Part shown: in pieces, positions 10,819 to 21,111 of the stretch | How positions within the stretch are numbered: the stretch's first letter is position 1 | Layout of the letters: every line of letters begins with the position of its first letter | Assembly: GCA_963758915.1 (NCBI GenBank) | Contig: CAVWXH010000016.1 | Span: 256,001 to 320,000, forward strand | Direction: 5' to 3' | Length of the DNA stretch: 64,000 bases | Origin: an uncultured Methanomicrobiales archaeon | GTDB lineage: Archaea; Halobacteriota; Methanomicrobia; Methanomicrobiales; Methanospirillaceae | The notes under the pieces: generated by a model | Told to the model about the DNA's origin: nothing | Seen by the model: only the letters and a program-made list of their open reading frames with translations | The model's database searches: none | Position numbers and translations under genes: made by a program

Positions 10819-11595
10819 TCAGGCGGTACCGTTGATAATATACATCCTGACAGATACATTCACTTTATTTCCCGACATTTCAATCTGGTAGTTCCCGAAA
10901 CTACGTACGCTGACTGTCTTTTTCGTATCGCCACCGAAGGTTTTTCCAAATCCGTCATCAAGGACAACATTTCCCGTAGTTTTATCCAGGACTTTAATTT
11001 CAAACCATGCATCAGGACTTAACTGGGTTACATGTGTATATACATCCGCCCGTTTCGGGTCCACAACACCCCCACCCGTCCCGGTTGTTGCACCCGATAA
11101 GCTTCCACTCCTGCTTTCAGACCATATTGTCAGATCATCCATCTTGGGCTTGACGTCAAAATCTATCATTAATGGTGGTTTTTTAAGATCGTAGGCATAA
11201 GCGACGGTGTAATCTTTTAATGAAAGTTCATTATTGTAGATATCCTGGTAATTACGGATGATCTGGGTCGGATCTGCATATATCGACAGGTTCCTATAGG
11301 CAGGGCTGTTGTCAGAAGTTACCGGATATGTCGGGACCTGAGTAAGGTAGCGTGTATCGTCCGGCATAGGAGTTGGTGTGGGACTACCCTGGCTGGCTGC
11401 TATCCCTGAATTTTGTGTGTTTTCCTGGGCTTGTTGTTGAGGATTTCCTCCTGTTCCTGGTACCAGGTAATTGGTACCCTGAGACTGGCTGTTTGCTGGT
11501 GCTGGGTTATCCTTTGTCGGGACGATACATCCGGCTGAACATACAACTGCAACAATGAAGAGTATCAGGATATAATATTGGATCTTCTGGCTCAT
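10819..11595 (-). CDS. Predicted lipoprotein, unknown function
   Basis: Hydrophobic signal with lipobox SAGC, Q/T/P-rich linker, beta-rich C-terminal domain. Confidence 0.7.
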   Translation of the reverse strand: MSQKIQYYILILFIVAVVCSAGCIVPTKDNPAPANSQSQGTNYLVPGTGGNPQQQAQENTQNSGIAASQGSPTPTPMPDDTRYLTQVPTYPVTSDNSPAYRNLSIYADPTQIIRNYQDIYNNELSLKDYTVAYAYDLKKPPLMIDFDVKPKMDDLTIWSESRSGSLSGATTGTGGGVVDPKRADVYTHVTQLSPDAWFEIKVLDKTTGNVVLDDGFGKTFGGDTKKTVSVRSFGNYQIEMSGNKVNVSVRMYIINGTA

Positions 11596-11751
11596 TGATC
11601 CCAACTTATTCTGATTCCTATATATTCCTTTAGAATCAACCTGACAGACTTCATATTTTTTACCTGGTTTTATTTCACTATCCATTCTTGAGGTTAATTA
11701 TGAAACAAACGATAACAAAAAAATGATAATTGTTTTTCAAATTAAAAAATA

Positions 11752-11943
11752 TCAACTATCCAGTCGTTTGAATACACCCTTTTTAACTTTTAATATTTTG
11801 CACTCAGGACATCGCCAGGTATCAGGAACTTTTTCGAACGGTGTTCCGGGCGGGATATTTCCCTTCGGATCACCTTTTGCAGGGTCATAGATATACGCGC
11901 ACTCAAGGCAGATATAGCGGCAAACTGATCCGGTCTCACTCAT
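11752..11943 (-). CDS. Rubredoxin
   Basis: [15 protein letters not shown]...[18 protein letters not shown]. Confidence 0.92.
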   Translation of the reverse strand: MSETGSVCRYICLECAYIYDPAKGDPKGNIPPGTPFEKVPDTWRCPECKILKVKKGVFKRLDS

Positions 11944-12271
11944 AGGTAGTAATTTTCCCGGAAAGGTTAAAAAATTCTCCCAAAATAACCAGATGATCTC
12001 TTCTAATCTGAAAGATTGGATCGGTCGCCCTTTTCTGCCTTATAAATGCGATGTATGCTGCAGGTCAAAATAATCATGACCGTTATCCGCATTGATAACC
12101 TGCCCGGGTTCCTGGTACCGGGTTATTGTTACTAACCAGCCAGAAATTTCCATATCCCTAACATTCATATACTCTGGTTGCAGAAACGATTAACAGGAGC
12201 TGAATAGTATTTCCGAAGGAGTAAAAAAATCCTGGAATAAAAAAGAGGATCTCCTGAATCTGTCAGATGAA

Positions 12272-12616
12272 ATGGCACTTAAAGCCGATCTCCTTGCATT
12301 TGAGAGCAGATACGAGGAGGCTGACCAGTACTATGAAAAAGCACTGCAGTTAAACCCATCGAATGCGAACCTGTGGGCATTTAAAGGGATCAACCTGAGT
12401 GGGGGGCTCAACAGGGATGAGGAAGCAAGGAAGGCCTGGGAAAATGCAAAAAGACTGGACCCGGTCCTTGCAGATGCCATTGATATGAAGAAAACAGAAA
12501 AAGACGAGGGTGAGGAATTCGCCAGCCCTGTGTTATGTGGGATGCCGGATAATATCCGGGATAAAATCAAGCAGCTGATGCAAAAACAGAAAGAACAGCT
12601 TGATAGCTGTAAATAA
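12272..12616 (+). CDS. Small TPR-repeat protein
   Basis: YEEADQYYEKALQLNPSNANLWAFKG...EEARKAWENAKRLDP. The frame is open upstream to a CTG at 12200, so the start is uncertain. Confidence 0.75.
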   Translation: MALKADLLAFESRYEEADQYYEKALQLNPSNANLWAFKGINLSGGLNRDEEARKAWENAKRLDPVLADAIDMKKTEKDEGEEFASPVLCGMPDNIRDKIKQLMQKQKEQLDSCK

Positions 12617-12642
12617 CATTTTTCACCTGTATACAGGGCCCG

Positions 12643-12867
12643 TTATTTCTTCATTGGTTCATCAATATCTACATCTTTTACAGAGCCCATCTGGTGAACT
12701 TTTTCAAGCTCCACGAGGACCGGTGCGATTGTACCGGAATCTATGCAACGTCGCGCAATCCTTGTAATCTTGCGCACATGATAAATATGGGCCATCTGGA
12801 AACTGATCAAAAGTCCAAAACACAATGTGACGATGCAGATCACCAGCTCTCCCAGAAGATCAACCAT
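12643..12867 (-). CDS. Small single-TM protein (paralog 1)
   Basis: GAGGTG RBS upstream of the ATG, one TM helix, motif ARRC....TIAPVLVELE shared with the neighbouring gene. Confidence 0.65.
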   Translation of the reverse strand: MVDLLGELVICIVTLCFGLLISFQMAHIYHVRKITRIARRCIDSGTIAPVLVELEKVHQMGSVKDVDIDEPMKK

Positions 12868-12901
12868 GGTGAGCACCTCTTAATGCATGTTTTTTGTTCA
12901 T

Positions 12902-13078
12902 TTAGGATTCCCTCTCAAGTTCGGCGATGAGTGGTGCAATAGTCTGCACTTTTTCACACTGTTTGGCTACCACCAGGAAACGTTTTGTATAATACCGCAC
13001 GGTCACCTTGTAACCGACAATAATTCCGATGATAACCATAATCACGCCACTCATCAGGTAAATTATAATATCGTCCAT
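12902..13078 (-). CDS. Small single-TM protein (paralog 2)
   Basis: One TM helix, motif AKQC....TIAPLIAELE. Confidence 0.65.
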   Translation of the reverse strand: MDDIIIYLMSGVIMVIIGIIVGYKVTVRYYTKRFLVVAKQCEKVQTIAPLIAELERES

Positions 13079-13342
13079 CTGATCTTCCTGATATAGTGTC
13101 ATGCACGAACGATCAGATAAAATTATCCCAAAAAGGCAAAAAAATCCGGATTTTTGTATCAAAATTAAATTCCTAACACAGTCTGTAATATTTCAGGCCG
13201 GAGGATTATCGTGCCGGATTTATGATTTAATGAAGGAACCTATTGTATTCTTCTATTACCAGGGTAATCTTCCAGACTGGTCACTTCTGTCAATAGTGAG
13301 TGGCTGTAAGTTCAAATCTGATATATTCAAATCAGATGACAG

Positions 13343-14207
13343 ATGAATATTCACGATGAGGTGGAACGGATTACGATCATCACATTTGCCCATCATAAGG
13401 GGGGTACAGGTAAGACGACATCCTGCCTGAATATTGCAGGATTTCTCGTAAAATCCGGTAAAAATGTGCTGGTTGTTGATGTTGATCCACAGGCCAATGC
13501 AACTTCAGGTCTTGGCATAAGCCCTGATTCATTGAAGGCTCAGCATGTATGATCTCTTTATGGGGAAATGCCAGGGGTATGAGCCCATAACAATTATTGA
13601 TTGTATCCAGAAGACCAAATCGGGAATTGACATCGTTCCTTCAAATCTTGAACTGGTTGGTGCCGAGCCATTTCTCTATACTATGGAAGACCGGGCGAAA
13701 ATGCTGTCCGAAATACTGGCTCCCGTAAAAAAAAGGTATGACTATATCCTGATAGACACACCCCCCAGCATGGGACAATTTGTGATAAACGGACTGGTAG
13801 CATCAGATCATACCGTAGTCACCTTTGACCGGGGTGTATTTGCACTACAGGGCCTGCATACGCTCATGACAATTTTTGCCGATATCAGAGAAATTGTTGG
13901 GAACCGGATAACGCCGGATCTCGCAATCCTGACCCGTTGGGATTGCAATGTCGCAGGAAAACGAGGAATAAAGGCATTTTTTTCCCGTTTTTCATTGAAG
14001 GATTCATCTGACCGCGTAAAAGAAGAAGTGCTGGTCCGGGAATTTGAGGAGGAAGTCCGGAAGTATTTCAACCTGGTATATACAGTGCCCTACAGCAGGG
14101 AGATATATGAGGCCCAGAGGGCCGGGTTACCGATTTCACATTTTGCCCCGGATAGTCCTGCTGGTAAGGCATATTCCGGCATAGCAGAGGTAATACAAAA
14201 ATGGTAA
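13343..14207 (+). CDS. ParA/MinD-family ATPase, split by a +1 frameshift near 13537
   Basis: Deviant Walker A KGGTGKTT and DVDPQANAT in ORF 13343-13552. IVPS, IDTPP and the C-terminal GLPI...APDS in ORF 13545-14207. Removing one G at 13537-13538 fuses them (SLKLSMYDL). Confidence 0.88.
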
Positions 14208-14231
14208 TTATTATTTGAGGAGGGGATTCTG

Positions 14232-15608
14232 ATGGTCGCAGATAATGCAGTAGAAGGTACTGGATCTGAACTGAATGCAAAGGCGGGAAGGAGAGCACTT
14301 CTCCTCGGAGTACCCTGCAGGACAGCCTCCGGGCCTGTTCACCCGGCACCGGGAGAAAATGTGATACTATCCAACATAGAAGAACAACTCTGGAAAGGAC
14401 TAAAAGGGGATTATTCAGGCCAGATTAATGAAGCAAACGTTGATGCATCATGGCAACCTCTCGTTAAAGCAGTAAATGAGGTTAACCGGAAGATGGAGGG
14501 GGAAAATACAGAAATTCTTCGTCTCCGCAGGATTGAGGACGCCAGCAGCAATCAGGAATCCCAACTAACTGAATTATCTCTCCTCAAGGAAAGTGTTTTT
14601 ATTAAAAATCCGATGCCCCTGCTCCTCCTTGATACGGTACAGCAAATACATGATGTCAATGAGGCGTTCTGCCGTGTAAGCGGTTTATGTCCAGAAGAAT
14701 TAAAGGCCATGAATTACCAGGATTTCAACATTGTTACAACCCGGGGAAACGGGGTACAAGACGTCCTGAAATTTAAACGTCACAATGTCAGCGACCTGAT
14801 TATTGAATTTCCCTCGGGTGTACATGCCTTTGAGCAGTATAGTATTCCCATGATTACTGATTCCGGTTCATTATCCGGTATAATGGTAGTCTTTTATGAT
14901 AAGACTGCCAGTCTGCAGGAAGAGGAACAGATGAAGAGCGAAATCCAGGAACTGAAACTGCTTCTCGAAGAGGAATCGAAAAAGAAGGACCTCTCCCCCA
15001 AGCTGACAGGAATTCCCGCTATTCCGAATAAAGTTGTCCCAGCGGCTGAGCCCGGATTTACTGTCGCGTCACCTTTAACTGAAGATAAACAACAAAATGG
15101 GAAGAAAGATGCAAAAAAAAGCCTCACGTTTGATGTTGTGGAATTTGATCTGTGCGGGGAGAAATATGCCCTAGATATCAATCTCGCCCGCGAGATTGTT
15201 GAGATGATGCCGATCACCCCGATACCCTGTTCTCCCGATTACCTTCGTGGAATTATGAACCTCCGTGGTGAAATAACCAATATTATTAATATTACCGCAA
15301 TTCTCGGCCTGCCAGCCCGCGATGAAAATTCAGGCAGTAAAATTATTGTATTATCCGCAGAAGCAACAGGAGGAGAGAATATCGGGGTGATTGTGGACGA
15401 TGTCCAGAGTGTCATCCAGATTAATGAACGTGATGTTGAGCACCTTGGTGAAGGGTTGTCGTCCCAGTCCTCTCTGCACATCAAAGGAATTATTAAAATC
15501 GGAAGCAGGGGGCTTGACAAAAAATCAGAGACTGATGAAAAAGACCTCGTTATCTGGCTTGATATGCTGAAGGTTATCGAGGATCTGTCCATCCAGAAAT
15601 CAAAATAA
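14232..15608 (+). CDS. HAMP-like/PAS plus CheW fusion protein
   Basis: PAS (NPMPLLLLD...VNEAFCRVSG), Pro/Lys linker, C-terminal CheW (VVEFDL..EKYALDI..REIV..GIMNLRGEI..IGVIVDDV). Confidence 0.85.
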   Translation: MVADNAVEGTGSELNAKAGRRALLLGVPCRTASGPVHPAPGENVILSNIEEQLWKGLKGDYSGQINEANVDASWQPLVKAVNEVNRKMEGENTEILRLRRIEDASSNQESQLTELSLLKESVFIKNPMPLLLLDTVQQIHDVNEAFCRVSGLCPEELKAMNYQDFNIVTTRGNGVQDVLKFKRHNVSDLIIEFPSGVHAFEQYSIPMITDSGSLSGIMVVFYDKTASLQEEEQMKSEIQELKLLLEEESKKKDLSPKLTGIPAIPNKVVPAAEPGFTVASPLTEDKQQNGKKDAKKSLTFDVVEFDLCGEKYALDINLAREIVEMMPITPIPCSPDYLRGIMNLRGEITNIINITAILGLPARDENSGSKIIVLSAEATGGENIGVIVDDVQSVIQINERDVEHLGEGLSSQSSLHIKGIIKIGSRGLDKKSETDEKDLVIWLDMLKVIEDLSIQKSK

Positions 15609-15631
15609 TACCCTTAAACGGAGCAACGTTT

Positions 15632-15697
15632 GGCTTTGTAAAATTACGTTTCAATCGATCCTGAGATTAGGGTATTCCAAAACTGGATCACGTTCCG
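15632..15697 (-). mobile_element. MITE family right-end fragment (copy G)
   Basis: ggctttgtaaaatt...agattagggtattccaaaactggatcacgttcc aligns with the first ~65 nt of copy C (ggctctgtagaaat...agattggtgattccaaaatttcgtcacgctcc). Confidence 0.55.
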
Positions 15698-15854
15698 CTT
15701 TAACTCAACCTGTTTTTACCAGCTGAATATTCACAAAATCCTTTATTTACCGCAATAAGAGGAATTTCCTTATTGTGCGATTGAACCCCGATAATGACTA
15801 ACCTGCAATATCCGTGTTAATAATACAGTTACCAATTGGAATATGCCTTTTTAG

Positions 15855-16068
15855 GGCTCTGTAGAAATCCTCTTAAATCTATTTTGCAGATTGGTGATTC
15901 CAAAATTTCGTCACGCTCCCGGGGCTCATGGCCGCCGCTTTGGCGACCCAGATTGGGATAGAGACTATTCTCCAATACTCTGATTTTTAATGAGACTTCG
16001 GGAAACCCTCTCCCGTCTTCGAATTTCACTCCTATTTGTTATGACACCGAAGGGTTTTCAACAAAGTT
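15855..16068 (-). mobile_element. MITE family copy C (internally deleted)
   Basis: Reverse complement of copies A/B. Ends ggctctgtagaaat and ttttcaacaaag. About 45 bp missing between the two internal GGGTTTC repeats. No clear target duplication. Confidence 0.85.
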
Positions 16069-16246
16069 TAAAAAATCAATAAGTCTATAACAGATGAATC
16101 CTGATGTAAAGTTGTACAAGATCCCTGAAAAATTAATTCCAGTGTTGATTGAGAACGTGTTTCTTATATTATGGTATAGAATAATCAGTTGCTTATAAAA
16201 AACGGGTTTGTAATTCATGTGTTATGCTTCCCGGGAATGATTCACC

Positions 16247-16744
16247 ATGGCAGAGACAAAAGATATTGTAGAGTTTGAAATCGGAAGCGGGCTCTACGGG
16301 ATGGATATCAGTCTGGTACGTGAGATCGTTGAGATGTTACCAATCACCCGCCTCCCGGGAAGCCAGAACTGTATTGTAGGTGTGATCAATCTCCGTGGGG
16401 AGGTGACCATGATCATATCAATCAACGAACTGCTGAGCATTAACGAGGAATCAGAGAAAAAAAACGGTAAGATAATTGTAATGGTACCGGATTTTACCGG
16501 AGGTTCCAATATAGGGATTATCGTTGGAGAAGTACACAGCGTCCTTTCAATACCCGTTGATGATATTGAACCTGTAACTGGCATACTTGCCACCGATTCC
16601 GGAGGGTTTGTGAAAGGAATTATAAAAACTTCTTCAGGTGATAAGGAAAGACTGGAAGAGGCAGGGAAAAAGTCATGCTTAATGCTGTACCTGGATATCG
16701 AGAAGATTCTTACCGATCTTCGTCTGCCCTGCAATATCAGGTGA
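16247..16744 (+). CDS. cheW: Chemotaxis coupling protein CheW
   Basis: IVEFEIG..LYGMDI..VREIV, GVINLRGEV, IGIIVGEV. Confidence 0.93.
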   Translation: MAETKDIVEFEIGSGLYGMDISLVREIVEMLPITRLPGSQNCIVGVINLRGEVTMIISINELLSINEESEKKNGKIIVMVPDFTGGSNIGIIVGEVHSVLSIPVDDIEPVTGILATDSGGFVKGIIKTSSGDKERLEEAGKKSCLMLYLDIEKILTDLRLPCNIR

Positions 16745-16753
16745 GACCGGAAA

Positions 16754-17545
16754 ATGGATGATTTTCATACCCTCACGGCTACAATAGAACGGCTCCTTCA
16801 CATACGGTGTGGAAATTATAAGGAAGATTATATCAAACGTCGTCTTTCCTCCCGCATGAACGCCGCGAACATCAAAGAATATCTTGCCTACAATAAGTAC
16901 CTCCTGTCAAACCCTGAAGAACAGGAAAAACTTCGAAATGCCCTGACAATTAACGTTACAAAATTTTTCCGTGACAAGGAAGTATTTGAAACGGTGAAAC
17001 GGGAATTAATCCCCGAAATCCTGAAAAAAAAGCAACGGGTCCGTATCTGGAGTGCAGGGTGTTCATCCGGCGAGGAACCGTACAGCTATGCTATTGTTCT
17101 TTATGAGATCGGCCTTACCAATCCCACTATGGACGCATTGATTATTGCTAGTGATATTGACTACGAAATCCTAAAACGGGCAAAAGCGGGTGTCTATGAA
17201 AGACAGGCACTTGATAATATGACAGAGCTGCAGATCAAGAAACATTTCACCCTTCTGCCAGACGGGAAATATGAAATTAAACCCCATATCCGGGAAAAGG
17301 TACGGTTTCAATATCATGACCTTATGCGGGGAGAACCTGTAGCAAAATATCTTGACCTTATCTCCTGCAGGAATGTAACTATTTATTTTAATGAACAGCA
17401 AAAAAACGATCTTTGCAAGGAATTTCATAATGGCCTCGTTGCCGGAGGATATTATGTAATGGGTCTTTCAGAATATCTGGGAAAGGAAATGGAACCTCTC
17501 TTCAAGTCGTACCGCCCTCTCCTGAAAATATTTGTCAGGCAGTAA
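16754..17545 (+). CDS. cheR: Chemotaxis methyltransferase CheR
   Basis: TINVTKFFRD, RIWSAGCSSGEEPYS, ASDID, CRNVTIYF. Confidence 0.96.
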   Translation: MDDFHTLTATIERLLHIRCGNYKEDYIKRRLSSRMNAANIKEYLAYNKYLLSNPEEQEKLRNALTINVTKFFRDKEVFETVKRELIPEILKKKQRVRIWSAGCSSGEEPYSYAIVLYEIGLTNPTMDALIIASDIDYEILKRAKAGVYERQALDNMTELQIKKHFTLLPDGKYEIKPHIREKVRFQYHDLMRGEPVAKYLDLISCRNVTIYFNEQQKNDLCKEFHNGLVAGGYYVMGLSEYLGKEMEPLFKSYRPLLKIFVRQ

Positions 17546-17568
17546 TCTGCCTCTGTAATTCTTAATAA

Positions 17569-18159
17569 TTAGAGGGATACCCGGTATTCAATAAGTGATT
17601 GTGCGGGTAATTTTAATCTGACATGGGCACACCGTCTTGGATAGAGTTCATCCATTATCTGCAGGGAACACCTGTCCATTATACCCCCTAAAAGTATGTC
17701 ATAACGTGCCTCTTCCTCCCGAAAAAATAAAAGGACTGCATCAAGTTTTTTTGGCCCCTTGGACTCAAGGATCAGGCTGGTGAACCTGGCCCCAATCTCG
17801 ACAGGCAGGTCCTGGATTTCGTCGTCAACAATGAGCCTGATACTATTCATTTCAATTCTGCCACCTTCGATGATGGTAAATTCCATCTCGATATCAGCAC
17901 GGTGGAGGACCTGCATACTGACACTGATAAAATTCAGAAGATAATCAAAAAATATCTTTTTATTTTCCTGTAATTCTGTGGACAATGCTTTGACTGCAAG
18001 GTCCCTGGCATGTTCAGGGATTACGATCTCCTCACGGATCGCCCGGATTAGTTCAGCACGCTGCCTCATGCGGGCAAGCATAGTCTGGACACCTGAAAAC
18101 CGTTTCCAGAATTCATCGTCAGGTGTTGTTCCCCTGAGTTCGACCTGATTTTCCCTCAT
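17569..18159 (-). CDS. Hypothetical protein
   Basis: 196-aa ORF with normal composition and no recognised motif. It abuts the upstream gene. Confidence 0.7.
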   Translation of the reverse strand: MRENQVELRGTTPDDEFWKRFSGVQTMLARMRQRAELIRAIREEIVIPEHARDLAVKALSTELQENKKIFFDYLLNFISVSMQVLHRADIEMEFTIIEGGRIEMNSIRLIVDDEIQDLPVEIGARFTSLILESKGPKKLDAVLLFFREEEARYDILLGGIMDRCSLQIMDELYPRRCAHVRLKLPAQSLIEYRVSL

Positions 18160-18160
18160 G

Positions 18161-18415
18161 TTATTTCCCGTTATTCTTATCCCCTTGTATACTTTCAGGT
18201 TTCATTGAAGTAATATTCTTCATCATTTGTTCCTGTTTTTTATGACCTCGCATTTCTGCAGCGACGAGGATGAAGTTAAATCCGACAACAATAAGGACGA
18301 GTGAAAGACCCACCCAGAGCATCATCCCCTGTGTAAGAAGGAATACCGCCCAGAGTAATGCAACAAAACAAATCAGATAAAAAAAAACCCATGTCCTCAC
18401 GTTAAGAATGTTCAT
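18161..18415 (-). CDS. Small two-TM membrane protein
   Basis: Two hydrophobic helices followed by a charged tail. Confidence 0.65.
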   Translation of the reverse strand: MNILNVRTWVFFYLICFVALLWAVFLLTQGMMLWVGLSLVLIVVGFNFILVAAEMRGHKKQEQMMKNITSMKPESIQGDKNNGK

Positions 18416-18769
18416 AAAACTATGGTGTCTATCAGCAAGTGGCAATATAAATGTATCATACCCGGCGTATCCCGGACCTGGTCATGTTACAATAATCAGC
18501 CAATTTTTCGGCCTTATTCATCTATCCACAGATAAATATTGACATTTAAGCAATCAGGTGGCCGGGTAAAAATGGGAACTATCTCCCCTTTGTTGTCTCC
18601 GTCATAATCTAAAATGGATAAGGTATAATGGATGAGAAATTGTATTAACAGATACTCTCACACAATCAACAGGACTGGACTCCTGATAAAAATACCCGGA
18701 TTAGTGGTTATGATACGAGACCTGAGTGCAGGCTGGATGATAGTTGGATGAAAAAATGGTGAAAATGGA

Positions 18770-19747
18770 ATGACTGCATCACATAATAGTTCACCTGCCC
18801 TGGATAAACTGGTAACCCACATCGAGGATATCCTGGAGACCGAGATTATAGTCCACAGGGAAAAAGAAGCCCCTGCACATGGGATCCTCCTCGATACCTA
18901 TTCATATACTACCAATAAAAATGTCATCGTTTTTTCAAGTGCACAACTCGGATTATTAAAGGACTTTGTTATAGCCCAGAACAGTCTCCGTTTGCTTATG
19001 AGGGGAATAGCTCACCGGAGAGGAAATTACCGTGTCCTCTCCTATGATGCAGAAACTGCCGGGGTTGGCATGACCCAGATCTATCTTGATACACTAAAGG
19101 ATGAAAAAACAAGAAATCTCGGGGTCTGGCAAAAAAAGAAACTGATGTATTACCTGTACATGCTCTTCCATGAATCGATAACGGATGTTCCATGGGAGAT
19201 CTTGTCAAACGTGTATATTGCGAAACGGTGCAGGGTATTGCAGAATGCACAGACCTACTTCCTGGTAAAAGAGAGCATGAAGGATATGCACGAACTGGTT
19301 TCGTTTAAAGATATGCTCCCACGCCGGTACTTTGTCCTGCACAATGCGATGTACTATGCAAGGGATATGTACCTGGCAGATATAACGGCCGAGTTGAAAT
19401 TAAACCCGCTGATAAATATCCCGGAACTCCAGAAATTCAAGAACCTTGATGTGAAAGAGATGATGTCGCACCGGTGGAGCCAGTCATACTGGTACCATAC
19501 AAAACTCGTAGGCGACGCGATGACAAATATTATTAAAATGGTACTGACGTTTGATTTTTCCGGGAAACTTGATGAAAACTATTATTACCGGATGTATGAG
19601 TTCGGCCAGGAGATTACAAACCGGTGGCTGATGATGATGAGGATGCAGGAATGGTACCGCTGGGAACCTCCCGGACACCTCCGCGATGCTGAAACACGGG
19701 GGGATGAAATTGAAAATATTGCGACACAGTTTGTCTTTGGTATATGA
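18770..19747 (+). CDS. Hypothetical helical protein
   Basis: 325-aa ORF rich in Met/Tyr/Trp, no recognised family. Confidence 0.75.
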   Translation: MTASHNSSPALDKLVTHIEDILETEIIVHREKEAPAHGILLDTYSYTTNKNVIVFSSAQLGLLKDFVIAQNSLRLLMRGIAHRRGNYRVLSYDAETAGVGMTQIYLDTLKDEKTRNLGVWQKKKLMYYLYMLFHESITDVPWEILSNVYIAKRCRVLQNAQTYFLVKESMKDMHELVSFKDMLPRRYFVLHNAMYYARDMYLADITAELKLNPLINIPELQKFKNLDVKEMMSHRWSQSYWYHTKLVGDAMTNIIKMVLTFDFSGKLDENYYYRMYEFGQEITNRWLMMMRMQEWYRWEPPGHLRDAETRGDEIENIATQFVFGI

Positions 19748-19950
19748 CCGGTAAGACGTTTCGGGTCCATTTTAAGACTTCGGCATGCAGCCAGTCGTCA
19801 GGAATGGTAGTATTCGAACTATCCTGGTTGCAATAACATTTTGAGGATGTATAGTGCCAATTATGGGTGACTCAGGAATTGCACCAATCGGTTTAATTTG
19901 TTACAAGGAACCATAAGGATCTGGTAAGTCCCCCGGATGGATATTGAAAA

Positions 19951-21111
19951 ATGAAACGGCTCGATCAACATATCCAGGAGATCCAAAATGGCGAATCCTT
20001 AAAAATAATGGTGATTAGCGCATTTGCAATATTTGCCCTTATTGTGACCCTGTTCACCATCCAGGTACGGGACCAGTTATTCTCCTCGCAGATCTACACA
20101 CTGTTACCACACCTGTACATTATTCCCGTAATTCTTGTGGCACTCTGGTACCCGAAACGAGGCCTCCAGATTACGGTCCTTATTATTACGGCAATCATTA
20201 TTCTTACCGCAATCCTGTACAACACCGGGATCACCATAAATCCTGTGCTCTCCCTCCTGAATGCCGGCCTCGATATCATGATATTCGTCGCGGTTGCCCT
20301 GTATGCCAAGGACCGGAATATGGTTGATGCGGCACTGAAGGATTTCTTCGAACGGTCCGGCATGATGGATACCGGTACCGGGAGTAACAGTGAAGGAAAA
20401 GGGAAAGCAAAAGTAAAATTTTCAGGTGATTTTGACGAGGTCACCGTTGCCCTCCGGAGTAATGATGATGATACCAGGGAGGAGGCCGCACGGGCTCTCG
20501 GGGAACTTAACGACCCGAGGGCAGTGACTCCGCTTATTTCTGCACTGGAGGACAAAAACCATTATGTCCGTCGTGAAGCTGCCAAGTCCCTCGGTCGCCT
20601 GGGCGATGAACGGGCAATTCCTGCGTTACTACATGCCCTCAAGGATGAGGACCGTTCCGGACGGGAAGGTGCTGCAGAAGGTCTTGCCGAACTGAAAGAT
20701 ATGGCATTGGACCCATTAATCAAGGCATTAAAAGACCCTGACTGGCATGTCCGGATGGGTGTCCTTGTCTCACTGCGGATAATCGGGGATAAAAGAGTAA
20801 TTCCCGATATTATTGATGCATTAAAGGACGAGAACCGGTTTGTCAGAAGGGAGGCTGTAAAATCCCTGGGGCGTATCGGTGATGAGCGGATGGTTGTCCC
20901 CCTGACAGGTGCGTTGCGGGATGAAGACCGGAGCGTCAGGATGAGAGCGGTAGGCGCACTTGCAAAATATGGTGGTGATTCTACCATCGAGCCCCTTATA
21001 GAAGCATTAAAGGACAGTGACAGCGGTGTCAGGCTCCGTGCGGTCCAGGCGCTGGAAGAAACAAAAGACCCGCGGGCAATCAGGGCACTCCATAGCTACC
21101 GTTGTTATTGA
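19951..21111 (+). CDS. Membrane-anchored HEAT (PBS-lyase-like) repeat protein
   Basis: About 4 N-terminal TM helices, then ~7 repeats of the type VRREAAKSLGRLGDERAIPALLHALKDED. Confidence 0.88.
   Translation: MKRLDQHIQEIQNGESLKIMVISAFAIFALIVTLFTIQVRDQLFSSQIYTLLPHLYIIPVILVALWYPKRGLQITVLIITAIIILTAILYNTGITINPVLSLLNAGLDIMIFVAVALYAKDRNMVDAALKDFFERSGMMDTGTGSNSEGKGKAKVKFSGDFDEVTVALRSNDDDTREEAARALGELNDPRAVTPLISALEDKNHYVRREAAKSLGRLGDERAIPALLHALKDEDRSGREGAAEGLAELKDMALDPLIKALKDPDWHVRMGVLVSLRIIGDKRVIPDIIDALKDENRFVRREAVKSLGRIGDERMVVPLTGALRDEDRSVRMRAVGALAKYGGDSTIEPLIEALKDSDSGVRLRAVQALEETKDPRAIRALHSYRCY

Noticed and set aside
19787-19832. Nested hairpin with a TTCGA loop, tRNA-like
   Set aside because: No cloverleaf or anticodon arm. 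Single occurrence, so possibly only a terminator-region fold.
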